A DNA stretch of 64,000 nucleotides from Balanoglossus misakiensis (taxonomy: Eukaryota > Animalia > Hemichordata). The stretch is taken from the NCBI GenBank assembly GCA_040954595.2, contig CM082581.2, positions 11,032,186-11,096,185 of the forward strand. Reading direction: 5' to 3'. This document shows, in pieces, positions 1-12,895 of this stretch. Positions within the stretch are counted from its first letter, which is position 1, and each line of letters starts with the position of its first letter. Below the pieces are notes generated by a model. It was given only the letters and a program-made list of their open reading frames with translations, did not search any database and was not told the origin of the DNA. Both the position numbers and the translations under genes were made by a program.

Positions 1-1625
1 CTTGGATGCCATCCTGTCTGATGCCGTTCTGTGGGCTAACTGCCTGGTCTCTTGTGGAGAGCGGATTTTCTTAGGTGGAATCTTGCCGGGCTGACCCTCG
101 CCACCTGGGGGAGGTGGTTCTATTCTTTTACGCTTTCTCAGCCTTGCACTCGGTGTGTCATGATCAGTGTCACGTCCCTTTTCGGCGTCACTCGCACTGT
201 TCGACTGACTTGTTTCTCCCGCGTCGCCGTCACTGGGAGGCTCGTCTGCCACACTGGCATTGCCGCCGCTGTTCTGCTTAGTAGTTCCTTCTATTGTCCA
301 TGACCTCTTGCCTCCCAAAATGCGCTTCAGGGCATTTTGCTTGGCTCTCTCATTTGCGACTCGCCGCGACGAAGGAATGCGCGCCCTTGAAGTTTTCGGG
401 ACTTCGATAAGGAGACCGGACATTGGCAAACTGCTTGCTGACAGTGACGGCTGATCAGTGCTGGTGGTACTCTCTTCGCTGCTACTAGCGCTCTGTCCCC
501 CAGCCTCCTCAGGAGATATTTCTGTAGTGGCAGACGCGCCAATTCCAGTATCTTGAGACATATTGGTTTCTTCAGTATCTGCCATGTGGGTGTCTTCAGG
601 AACAGTGGAAGATGTTGTTTGAAGTGCATAGTCATCACAGCCTACGGTTGCCTTGGTGGGAATAGCGGCTTCTTTGTTGTGAACAGATGAGGTGGCAGAT
701 GCAGGGATTTCAGGGGCATCACTGCCCCCATCTATTGTTGGTTCATGTATCTGTGCAGCATCCGCATTAACATTTACATCTTGGGCATCCACCGTGTGCC
801 CATCCTCGACTGATGCTGCCTCAGAAATGCATGTCTCAGTGGACACTGCTTCTTTCTCAGTATTTCGCTCCAAGTCCAAATTTCTGTCGACAGTGTGTGT
901 TTCCATGGCTACTGGCTCTTCAGCAGTAAGTGTGGCAGTGTTGTCAAAATCTGCAACATCATGCGTTACAATGTCTTCTGATGCTGCCTCAGGAATACAT
1001 GTCTCAGTGGACACTGCTTCTTTCTCAGTATTTCGCTCCAAGTCCACGTTTCTATCGGCAGTGTGTGTTTCCATGGCTACTGGTTCTTCAGCAGTGGGCG
1101 TGGCAGTGTTGACACTGTTGTCAAAATTAGCAACAGGGGTTGCAATGTCTTCTGAATTATCACAGGCAGCGTCACTGCCGACTTTTTCCTCGGCCGCAGA
1201 TTCCCTCTCTTTATACGTACTCGAATCACACGTTTGTTCATACCTTGGCAACTGGTCGCTGCCATAGTCTTCGCGATCATCGTCGGTCTTTCCGTCGTTT
1301 GGGTCCGTATCCCTGCCTTGTAGGGCTCTACCTATTTCATCCGCTGCTTGCCCTTCTGCAATTAAGCTCCCATTTTGAGTAGCTGGCTCACCGCATTTGT
1401 CTGGAGTTTCATCGTCGGAGACAACACCAATCACGCCGACCTCATCAGACTTGGGGGTAGCCATTTTAAAACTGAGCGCCCTCTATATCGTTGTTTGTGT
1501 TCCAACCATAATTATCAGTGATTAATAGGCTTTGCTGATTAACCTTTCACGTGTATGTGGTTTGCGTTACATTTTATTCGGGATTATAATTATTATCACA
1601 GTAATAACACTTACCTGAGCGCCAT
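1..1625 (-). CDS. 5' part of an uncharacterised acidic, low-complexity (probably disordered, nuclear) protein; runs off the left edge of the window
   Basis: Seen: stop-free minus-strand frame from ATG 1464 to base 1 (488 codons, MATPKSDEVGVIGVVSDDETPDKCGEP...RTASDRMASK), missed by the ORF track because it has no stop in the window. Very D/E/T/A/S-rich, with basic NLS-like patches near the window edge (RLRKRKR, PPKKIR). A possible 11-nt first coding exon 1625-1615 (ATGGCGCTCAG|gtaagt) splices in frame to 1471. No recognisable domain in the visible part. Confidence 0.75.
810..1150 (-). repeat. 168-bp (56-aa) in-frame tandem duplication inside the acidic ORF
   Basis: ggacactgcttctttctcagtatttcgctccaagtcc at 841 and 1009; ttccatggctactgg at 901 and 1069 (offset 168). 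Protein unit ~SEDI...FDN..TATxTAEEPVAMETHTxDRNxDLERNTEKEAVSTETCIxEAA. Confidence 0.9.
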
Positions 1626-2029
1626 ACCGACCACAGCACATGAACAAAATTGTCAGGTGACCACACAGTTGCAGTCATATGACCTGACTGAGATTTACAT
1701 AGCCAAACCAGGAGAATACAATTAGTATACCGTTAGACGTGAATGCACGAAAAAAAAGTCATTCATCAGGGCTTTTGACGGTAACTGACGACCTATGCGG
1801 GTTTCATTTATTGTAACATACAAAGTAACTGCGCACTCTGACTGCACTGTCATTGAAATATTAAAATAACCCTAGTATATAGTTGAGTTCTAAACAAGCC
1901 TTTGGGTCTTTGCGAAACATAAAAAAATATTGATGAGGCCGTCGGGTGAGCCGGGTAGTAAAGTTCAAAGGTTAAATTCAAACAATCACATTGAAAAGTA
2001 ATTTGTAGTGGTTTTCGTTGTCATTCTGA
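1626..2029. promoter_or_regulatory. Putative bidirectional promoter
   Basis: About 400 bp separates the divergent ATGs of the minus-strand acidic gene (1625/1464) and FAHD2 (2030). Inference from geometry only. Confidence 0.55.
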
Positions 2030-4761
2030 ATGCTGCTCCGTCTTCATCGACTTGCATTGTTTGGGGACAAGGGTAGCTGGTTGAACAAAGCTATTTTCAG
2101 TCCGTCGCCTGCCCAGATTAGACATTTTAAATCGAGCAGTGTTTTCGGGATGCGCCTTGTACAGTTTACTGAGAAGGTGGGGGGCGTGTTCGCCCGAGTT
2201 GGCGTCGAGTTGTGTGACGGTGGTGATGTTGTTGATCTATCTGCGTGCGACAACACCGTTCCAGATGACATGGTGAGCTTTCTAAATGGCGGGGAAGCTC
2301 TGATCGAGACAGCCAAAAAGTAAGAAATATGTTATTTATATTGACTATTACGCCCGATGAGCAGTTACCTTGCTAGGATTAGGATTTTAACCAAATCGTA
2401 TACATTCACTTATGCAACAAGAACAAAGTATGGGCTGATTGGGCTACCACTTTTGTTTCACATATAAACAGATTATAATTTATGCTGACCATTAATCTTG
2501 CAAGGTCACTTGTACAATGTCACCATGGTATGCCTTTTGTAACAGATGGCGAGTGGCCTCAAAGTCATTCAAAAATTAGTTTTATTTCATTGGCAGTGAC
2601 CATGATGTATTAAATGTAATTATTGCAAAAAATGGTAATGACTATACTTCTATCACCCTGCTTTCTCTGTACTTCAAGTCTCACTTTCTATTGATGGGAG
2701 GGGGGGGGGGTCATGATGTCATTTGTTTCAAGGTTAGATAGTTGAATCTGCTTGTTTCTTTTCAGGGCTGTGAAATCACAAAAGAATGTGATCCCAAGAG
2801 ATCAGATCCGGTTGAAAGCACCTATCACAAGGCCGGACAAAGTGTTGTGCGTCGGCAACAACTACCGAGACCACTGCGCCGAACAGGGGGTGCCTGTCCC
2901 CACAGAACCTGTCATCTTCAGTAAGTTTGCCAGCTCCATTATTGGGCCCGGAGATGATATCGTCTATCCGGATGTTTCCAACACCCTCGACTGGGAAGTG
3001 GAACTGGTCATTGTCATAGGCAAAGCCGGGAAGAACATTAAGGTAAGGGACAAATTGTTTGATATTTTGAGGGGGAGGTGGGGGGGGGGTAACTGGAGTA
3101 TTCATGAAGCCATAAATTGAATCAATGTTTATTTTTTGCAGGAATCTGATGCAATGGGACATGTTTTTGGTTACACGGTCGGACACGATGTCAGCGCACG
3201 AGAGTGGCAGTTGCATAAAAATGGTGGACAATATTTACTAGGGAAAAGCATGGATACATTCTGCCCCATTGGACCAGCTATTGTTACCAAAGATGAACTT
3301 ACCGGTAAAAGTTTGAAGTCACTCCTTTATTTCTCAGGCATTCTTTTGTTTTGTCTGACCAGTAAATGATGATGATTGGTGGCAGTGTTGGAAATGACGA
3401 TGACGATGATGATGATGGTGATGGTGATGGTGATGATGTACCAGTACATCTTTGAGTAATTATGGCTTTTGCACTATTTTATTTTCAGAGCCACACAACC
3501 TTGGCTTGCGATGTCGGGTGAATGGTCAAACAATGCAAGACAGCAAAACAGATCAGCTGGTGTTTAACACTGAGGCTATAGTGTCATTTATTTCCAAGTA
3601 AGTTATAGCAGTCAGAAAAACCATATACGAAAACATCCATGCTCGGCCATTAAACCTGTATACCAAAGATAGGACAGTGCTTTCAATTTTACGACTGTAC
3701 ATCCTGAAAATAACCATGTCCCTATAACAAAATTAATGGTCCCGCATGTGTCTATTGTACAAATTGCCTCCACAATGTCCCGGGGGCATGATCCCTAGAT
3801 ATATATATATACTGGCATTCTTTTGTTGTCGTTCACTTATTTACTTGTATTTAATTCAATTCAACCATACGATGTTTGACAGTGTTATTCAAATCACCAG
3901 TTGTATACTCTGAGTTGAGTTTTCCAATAGCCATATACAATATACACGCAAAAAAGTAGGTGAAAAACATCTCCTCCCCCCCTGTACATTTTAGAGTTAA
4001 AGAGGACAAGCTGACCCCATGTTAGTGTGCAGTGAAGCAAACCATAGGAGTTCAGCATTGTTTGTTGGACCATCCTTGGAACAGAGCCAATGTGTTCTTT
4101 CTGAAGGACCAAGATGTTGAATGTTCTTATCAATTGTCTAGAGCCTTAATTGCTTCTTTGGGAATACTTGATATTGAGTATGTGTGTGAGTAAGTCTGTC
4201 TGTCTGTCCGTCCGTCCGTCCGTGCGTCCGTCCATCTGTCTCACTGTCAGCTTCATACCAGACAGCTGTCATAATTCCAAACAAGTAAACAGAGGGATTA
4301 GGAAAATATGTACCAAACAAAATCAATCATATCCATCTGTTAACTCTCAAATTAATCTACCGTAAACATTTATGGAAGCATCATCGCCATTGAAACCATT
4401 TTTTATATCGTTATAGGTTTGTCACGTTACTTCCTGGAGACATTATATTGACAGGCACTCCTCCTGGTGTTGGAGTCTTCAAGAAACCTGACCCCATATA
4501 CCTCAAGGTAAGGGGTGGATCATTTGATATCCGGGGGAGGGGGGGGGGGTTAAGTAATTTTGAAAAAAAATGTTAACAGTCGGCTGTGAAAAAGAACAAA
4601 CACAGGCGACACAAATACTGAAAAATCTCTATAACATGCAGTGTTTCGGGTTTTAATCTCTTACTTTCATCATGATTCTGTTTTATTTTTTTTTGCAGAG
4701 AGGGGACATTGTTGAGTGCGAGATAGACGGTATAGGAACTATCACTAATAAAGTTGTTTGA
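2030..4761 (+). CDS. FAHD2: Fumarylacetoacetate hydrolase domain-containing protein 2 (FAHD2A-like), ~330 aa with an N-terminal mitochondrial-type presequence
   Basis: Six GT-AG exons in consistent phase: 2030-2319, 2766-3042, 3142-3304, 3489-3597, 4417-4507, 4699-4761(TGA). FAH-family motifs: [106 protein letters not shown]. Confidence 0.95.
4194..4242. repeat. Degenerate (TCTG/TCCG)n microsatellite
   Basis: tctgtctgtctgtccgtccgtccgtccgtgcgtccgtccatctgtc in FAHD2 intron 4. Confidence 0.85.
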
Positions 4762-5846
4762 ATTCCTGTGATCAAGTTGACAAAATAGAAACGGATGCAG
4801 AGATGCGATGGATATGAACAAAAAAAAATAGTAATATCCAGGACATAATTTCAAGTAATAGTTATAACTTAAAAGAAAGGCTGAATGCTTTGTTTTGTTT
4901 GTTTATGTTTGTTTTTAGCTTAATCCATACCAGTATGTTTACAGGGTATTTAAGAACTACCCCCACTATGTTCAATTATAGAATTTTGAGTCAGAGGCTT
5001 AAGTAATGTATTAATGTATTCTTTGAATATTCTTAGAAAGAATATAGATGAACGATAATCATTGAAGATTACACTCTAAGTGCTTGTAACGTTCAGTAAC
5101 CTCATTCTTGACAAGACATTATTTTGAATCATGAGCAAATCGTCTTTTAAGATTGGTGGTGAGCAGGATAATTCTGGTAACTGGTGAATGTTATGTTAGA
5201 CTTCCCAAAAATTGACATTGTAGTGAAATATCTTTGATTAGACATTTGTGGAGGACCAGGTTGTAATTTCAGTACTTGGGTGACAATTGTGAGCACATCT
5301 CATGTCTGACTCAAAGACAACCCGAAAGTAATGTCAGATGAGATGATTCAATATTTGAATTAAAGATGTAAATTTCTTGCCTGGGGCACTTAATCCATGT
5401 GCTGTGATATGATTTTTTTAATATTATCAGATTTGGTCAGAGATCGGTGTCCCTGATCCTCCTATAGTTACACTGTGTACACACAGTTGGTTTACATGTA
5501 CAATGTATATGGATGTACACAAACACATTTATAGCATACCACTTGTTTTTCATGACTTTTATTTGCATTACACAGCTATATTTCAAATTGGGCACAAAGT
5601 GTACAGCAGGTGATTGTAATATTTCCTTCTTCCCTAATGGAAATCGTGGATATTCATTGCACTCGCTGTTTTATAGACAATTTCCCTCTACCCATCTGCT
5701 CCTATAAGAAAACAAATGGTAAAAGAAAAGGCACGTTTGCCACAGATGGCGCACTTTTACCTAACAGTATTAAAAAATGAAGTAACTAGTATTATTCGTT
5801 TCAAAGTAAAAGAATGTGAAATCGTTGAGTGAAGTTCTTGGTTCAA

Positions 5847-7277
5847 TTATCCACATTTGCAGTGGACCTTACAGGTGCTGATCTTTGCCGAGAAATTGTC
5901 GAAATAGACTGTTCCCACTTTGTATCTGAACAACGCGTAGCAAGTGACCGCAGCTATCCCCTCTGGAACGTCGATGTCAACCGTGACCTCTTGCCAGTCG
6001 TGCGTGCCAACGTCAAACGGAGTGTTAAATCCCCAGCGAGGTGTCCCCGGTGGTGTCTACGGAGGAAAATACGTTTAACAACGGCAACAACATTAATAAG
6101 AAGCTGTATTTCCAGAAAATCTAAAGCTATCACTTACTATGACGTCACAGTAGATGCTGTAATGGGCGTCCTTGTCTCCGACGACATTGACTGCTTTACT
6201 CCAACCCTTCACCACCATGTTAGTAGGATGGTTCCTGAAAAGTGACATTTACAACAGTCGGTAAAAATGTTATGAACCTTTAAAGAGGAAAAACGTCATC
6301 GCAGTAGTTTGAATTACAAAGGACATACCTTTCGAACACCAGTCTCTGCGAGGCTCCACCGACCTGATCTGCCTCATCCAAAGTCACCACAATCGAGCGA
6401 GACCCTGTGTACGCTTCATCAGTGGTGAAGGAGAAAGCCCGCCGCCGGTAACCAGTCCACGAGCCGTCGTTTTCGAAATCTCCGTTTGATAAAGGCTCGC
6501 GATCGGTGTGGTCTTTCGTCAGGTACGTCGTGCGACAGCCTCCAACCTCCTCGTCGCCTGTGCACGGAAAATGTACAGTGTAACATTCAGTTTTGTCGGG
6601 GTAAATGTTGCGTTCATGTTGCTTGGGCACTCTTTAGACTAAAGCAAAGTCTTCAAAACTTAATTTATAACTATTTGGAGACTTAACCAATTGAAATTTG
6701 GTCCAATAACCATTTATCATCACCGTGGTAAGGAAGTTATCACGTCAACCAAGCAAATTTTATTCTACATGTTAGGATATATGGTCACTCAAACATACTA
6801 CAATGTACATGTAGTTGGTAATGCGATTCCGCACAGAAATGTAATTCAATCCGTATGTTAAATGAGATCAAGGCTTTCAAAGTCCCTGGAATTGAGTTTC
6901 CGCTCTCTGCCAAAATCAGGGCTGCTTATATTTACAATGTACGTTTAACACTTACCCTGGTCTCTAATCAGACTCCGCTTGATGTCTTGGAGTTCCACCA
7001 GTAGTTCAGAATACTGGTCTTGCAGGCTTTGAACTTGCCCTTGCAGCTGTTCATTCTGGCCGCGTAAATCGTGCAAATCCCAGGAAACCTCCAGAAAGCT
7101 GGAACACGAGCCGCCCTCTGATGACTTGGGAACATTTATCGTGTAGGAGCAAGACGTTTCCTGGCCGACGTTTTCTTCGGAGTCCCGCGGCTCGCCACCC
7201 CTTGGAATTTGGGCGAAAGTCAAAGACACTGTCACCGCTATGCCGAAGATGATCGCTGTCGCCTGAACACCCAACAT
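5847..7277 (-). CDS. Secreted ~285-aa protein: signal peptide + angiopoietin-like N-terminal motif/coiled coil + CBM4/9-like (galactose-binding-like) carbohydrate-binding domain + Cys-rich tail
   Basis: Four GT-AG exons in phase: 7277-6956, 6557-6329, 6234-6138, 6056-5847(TAA). Signal peptide MLGVQATAIIFGIAVTVSLTFA; CSYTINVP..C followed by heptad repeat LHDLRGQNEQLQGQVQSLQDQYSELLVELQDIKRSL. C-terminal domain LSNGDFENDGSW..TTDEAYTGSRSI..GASQRL..VKGWSKAVNVVGDKDAHYSIYCDV..WGFNTPFDVGTHDWQEVTV..VTCYALFRYKVGTVYFDNFS has the NGxFE / GxxS / GTxDW / GxVYFDxxS pattern of CBM_4_9-type domains. Domain names are by eye. Confidence 0.85.
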
Positions 7278-7485
7278 TTTCGGACTGATATCGTTGTTCT
7301 GATAGAGAAGCTGAAAACCTCGGTTTCCTCCGGGGTCTATGCTGTATCACACAACCAGGCGGCCCGAGGAAATGGATTCTGATACGCGGATCTTGTGGCA
7401 AAGTTCCAAAGAAAACGGATGTTCAGTCGCAAACGAGGCTACACAAACAAGCTTAATGTCAGAAAGTATATGCCTTGGTGTTTTT

Positions 7486-7531
7486 CTGTCTGTCTGTCTG
7501 TCTGTCTGTCTGTCCGCCCGTCTGTCATTCT

Positions 7532-7560
<29 letters not shown>
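7486..7560. repeat. (TCTG)n microsatellite
   Basis: Interrupted tctg run ~200 bp upstream of the CBM-like gene ATG. Confidence 0.9.
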
Positions 7561-7563
<3 letters not shown>

Positions 7564-10500
7564 TTTCGTTCGTTTTATTTATTATTCCGAAATCTGAGTT
7601 ATTCACCTGTCTTTTTGTTTCATAAGAGTTTCAGTCGCTGCTTCTCTTCCACGGTTTAGAATCCCAAGTGGTTACCTTGACGGCAGACTCAATAGCTAAC
7701 ATTGAGCATAAACCCTATGCACTGAGTGACAGCTTGGGTGATACCGAAGCCTATAGAGTAGAGTGGCCGTCCATTGTTCTTTGCGGAGTCAAGTGTTCAT
7801 GTATTGACACAGTTGAAGTTTGGGTTTTCGAAGGTTTCCCAGAAGCGACAACAGGAGGGGCCACAAATATAACTTCTGGCCGACACTGGTCTGGTTTCCA
7901 TGTGACGTGATGTTCATTTGTAATTTCGACAAAATGAGACACAATACAGCTAGCACGGCGTAACTTACAGTGTCTCGTGTGTCTATGGGTGTAATAAACG
8001 ACAAAACCATGCAGGTGTGAGGCAAGTGTTTGTTTGCTGAGGCGTCGAGGGTTCGACTTATCAGATTTTATTGATCGGACAGAGAGAGATGAGATGATTC
8101 ATTGCATTGGTGGGCAGGACGAGATAGCAAAAAGAAAGACATAAGATACTTAAGTTGACGTTCATCGCGATATCGGCGGTGATATGTTGAAATTTGATGG
8201 TGTGTTTTTGTATATATCCACTATTGGAATATGTCTTAACTTGTGAAGTTGGATTTGAATAAATTTACCTTGGCCCTCATTTCAAATGATTAAAAGGATA
8301 CTTTTGAAGATTTTACATTTCTATATGCGACCTTTGGGTAGATTGTTTGTGAAGGCATCAAGGCTCTGTTCAAGTCAAAGAACGGCGAATCGGAATCGTA
8401 AACGATATTATTAAGTATTACGCATCACTTAAGACAACTTGCTTATCTAGTCAACATCACGTGAGTTGCACACTTTGATCACTAAGGCCTACTTTTCCTA
8501 GTATTTTATCGCTAAGTATGGCCTTATCTGCAGTACAGAAGATTATTAAGAAATTAATCAATGTTGTAGACGCTAAAAGTCGTTTGCGCGATAGAAATAT
8601 AATATGAGTGGGCTATTTAAATTCACATTTTTAACCCAGATTAATAATTCGTATAAAATTGCTGCCCGTAGAAGCAGTGCGAACATGTATAAGCTTGATA
8701 TTAACATTTTCGTATAGAACCGATCATTTAACACTGGAAAAGCGAGTGATTTTGTCAACAGGTCGATGAAAAATGTCGGCATATTTAGCTGCCAAATCTG
8801 TCTCGGTATGTACGTGTCCAATATAACCAAGGAATCGTCCTTGTCAATGTCTGACGACAGATCACGCGTGATCGAAACATTATTCGAGTGAACTTTGACC
8901 CTATCCTTCGTGTCACCGCTGCATGCATGCACCTATATTGATTGGAAATTATATTTTGCATACTGCCCCAGGTACACAAAGTTTTGACATCACGTCTCCC
9001 GCTTTGCTATTAGGCTCTAGCTGACTCCCGTTAATTCTCAAATTCCCCCAACAAGAATCTGTCGGCTGGTAAAACCCTCCACTTTGTCGGTAAAATCAAT
9101 TGCAGCGATAATTTATGGCCAATATTTTGCATCTCTCGCGTCAACCTGTGACACGTGCCCTTTGATCTTAGTTCTTAAAGAATTCAACTTCGACGGGACA
9201 AACAGCATAGCGCGCTTGCTCATCGGGACGTTCGCTCCAGATAACTGCAAGTTCACCGAGAAACTTCCTCAGACGGATTAACTGTCGTGGAAACAGGTGT
9301 GTAACGTTGGCCTGTTTGGATTCACAGGTAAGAATGAGAGCTTTCCAGTTGCCAATTTCCACCAAACTGTCAGTGTACACTGTATGTTTACCTGGTCTAT
9401 GACGGATTATTTCATGTGGCATGTATGTCACAGGCACATGTGACGTGGTGTGAGATGGTCACATTTTTCAGCTTGCAGTGTCAGCATGGCTGGTCGGCCT
9501 TTCTGACAGCTGCTATATACTGTAACGTTCGAACGTGTTTCCAGAAAACCGGCGGTCGGCCGTCCAAATGTTTCACAACGATTTGAGGTAGTCAACGGAG
9601 CAACCATGTCAGCATGCGCATTCTCAATTTGAAGTCAAAACACCTGCAACTTCTTCAAAAATTTATATCGCCGTGACTTAAGTCTTACAGCTGATCTCGC
9701 CGACACGGCCGGAACTGGTGGAGTTTTGTGTACATGTCCCCACGTACTTCCAAGGGCATGTCAGTCGCACTGTGGGCAATCCAGGCCTCAGGTGGCGAAG
9801 ATGGGTGAGGGGAATGGGGGTTGGGGTTGGCGTACTGTCGATCTGTCATTTCTTTATTTGCACGGTTCCAAAATGACCAAATCATCTGCAGGTGTTCAAT
9901 ACTCACCCGCGTTCTCCCTATAACAAAAAGTGGGGTAGTGGTGGAGGATGTGATTTGGGGCTGGTGGACTCGGGCTATTTTTTTGTCAAGCTAAAATAAA
10001 ACTGAACGTGCCCCCCTGTCTTCTGTCTAGTCTATACGTATTTCTGTTGTTTATCAATGTTATACACGCGCTGTTGCATTCGTACCTGCAAACACCATTC
10101 ACCAATGATTATTCTAATGCAATGACTTATCGGTATTTTTTTTTACTGCGATAGCATGTTGGGAGATGTTGTCAGACAGTGTTAATCCCCAGGGTCAATG
10201 CATTAGCATTAATAATCATTGATGTCTGTGGGTAGATTACAACATCGTGAATACCAGCTTGACTGATAAACAGAACGGCAGGTACAAGAAATATCATATT
10301 AGGCTATATGGAATGGGAATGGACGAATGATTGTAACGAACTAAATCTACTGGTATAACAATATCAGTCAAGTTGAGTAGCGGATTTATACGCGTCAAAA
10401 TATAGCGGACTGCAGATTTAGCCGCAGTTACCGTGACAACTTTATATCGATCCAATCACAGATTTTCAGTGGTTGGCCACGCGAAAAAAAAGTGCGCCTC

Positions 10501-12895
10501 TAAGTGGTCATTCGAAGATTAGACACATTTGCATATTTAAAAAGTAATATACAAATTTTCCGCAACTTTTTTATATTGTCAAATATAGCGGAGCTCGATC
10601 ATCTGTTGAATCCCCCTGTCAATGATTTCCACGCGACATTCAAGCATAGTCTTGACCCCAAGGGAAGTGTGGATCGCCCGTGCCCGGGGAGGGGGGAGGG
10701 TCGCCGTTCTTGACATCCAGCGCGGTGTTATCGGTAAACCGTGCGTTGTCGGGCATTAGAAGACGGAACCTGTAGAACACCAAGGTCTAAAGCAAATTGA
10801 AGAAAGGGACCGCTATCTCTCGTTCTCTCATTAGTCCCTGCTGTCAAACAGTCGCCCCGTTACCGGTCATTAATCTTGTCCCATATGCAAGAAAAATATG
10901 CCAGATAAACCGTTATATATACTGTGCGATGCAGTTAATAAAACCAACATTTCCCCCTTGGAAAATATGTTTGTGAACGCTTCTGCCAGCGACCTTTCAA
11001 AAAGTGCATGCGGCCCATGATATGCTGGATTTTCTGTGAACTGTTTTATGCTCCTGATAATAATCCTGTTAATTATTGACCAGTTATACCAATTGTCACA
11101 CATAGCATAGAGCATTTATCACAGCAGAGAAAAAAACACACATGGCGCGCTCTTGTCGGACGCTAATTACATGCGAACGATTAGTCAGTAGGAAAGAAAA
11201 ACATGGCACGCCCTTGTCCAACTGTAATTACATAGATAAACCATTTATGTCGCCACGTGTCTTCGGAATGACATGTACATGAGCAGCTGAAGTAGTCGCC
11301 CAGGTGCTATACGTACAGTAGAGAGAATACACGCCAGCGTCACTGCACCGTTCATACAAACACGTGTAACTTTCTCACTTGACGTCCGAACATCTGGCAA
11401 GGTTAGTGAAAATTTACATACCGATGCCCTTGCCCCCGTGTACAGCGGCCCGGGTTTATCTAGAACGGCTTACCTGCACTGTCCTCAGGGAGAATTCATG
11501 AATTATATGGCGAGCGCTCAACAGTTGCAATGTCCTTGTTTACTTACTGCCACACTCCACTAAAAATAGAATGACTTTGACACGATGATTGTAAATCATT
11601 ATGAAGTCAGTATAATTTGCATCATACTATTGTGTTATTCCCCGAATATGTCGTATAGTTACCGACCAAAAACATTTTCTGCTCAATTCACCATGATTTT
11701 TTTTTCATTTTTTTGATGAGAAAATAATTCAAGAAATCTGCACAAGTTTACACGGTGTGAAACGGGTAATTGCAAAAACGGACCAGAGATCGCGCGGTTT
11801 CAGTGCACGATATTTCGTGCGGCTCTTGCTGACTGATTGACAAATGAAAATAGAGTCATCAATCCATAAAATGCTGATTGGTGTCCGCTCTTTCGGTTTG
11901 TGGACCCCAGCTACCCTAATTAGCGGTTGCAACAGTCGTGACAGGTATCTTCTGGTCCTTTCTCAGGCCATTGATAAGCGCTAATAATTACGTCCTAAAG
12001 AGGAGATAAAACATGCCATCCTGTGCAAAGGGACGCCATTAAGCTTATAGGTTTATGACCATGTTATACCATGTTTTATATAAATAATCTCAACTTTAGT
12101 TTATCATATAATTGATCAGATTTATTAATTGGTCGAACAATTTAAACGGCGGGAGGGGGCCGCCGCGTACATGTGCAACAGGCTAGGAAATTTAAATTGA
12201 AGAAAATTTGAGGTCTCCATTCGTTGCCCCTCAAGAAACCGTATCTCCTACAAAATCTACTGTTAGTACATTTACAAGTAGCGAACAATCATTTACAAAC
12301 GAAAACAATCATGCCCACCCACCCACCCTACATTTCCGAAGTTTTTGGACTCCTGCTAAACCATCAAGCAGTTAAAGTTCCAAAAGATCAAAGTTCGCTG
12401 CATGGTTAAAAACAACACGGTTAGTTATTGTTGAAATGTTAAAAAAATCTATAAAACTATTCACCAATTTCAACACTCATTGGTATGACTCAGTCAACAT
12501 GACAATGCAATTTTCCGTCACAGATTACTTACATCTGTTATCTGTTACTGATTGCTTACCTCCGAAAAATATAATACTTAAGCTGTTAAGTTCATAATCA
12601 AGAAACGTAAGACATTGTGACACACCTTGAAGGTATGCCAGTATGTTAAATCTCCCTGGAACTACAGCATAACGGGAGAGTGCACAGGTTATCTACACTA
12701 AATGAATTACATTTGATTTACAAAACAATCTTCTTTTTTCTGTCTGTAGCCTGATTGACCCCGTTGGCCTGACGAAAACCGGTCCATATTCAATTATTCG
12801 ACTTTATATCGAATACAACCCCAGGAAGAAGTTATAAACTCGGCTTCAGAGAGGCAGCTTTCCACTCAACGCGAAAATAGTCTTCATTCAGCACA

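Noticed and set aside
692-1267. 191-aa plus-strand ORF
   Set aside because: Antisense shadow of the longer minus-strand acidic ORF.
11125-11235. ~60-bp imperfect tandem duplication (catggcgcgctcttgtc / catggcacgcccttgtc)
   Set aside because: Two degenerate copies only, with no further structure; a 16-bp tandem at ~34019-34054 is likewise trivial.
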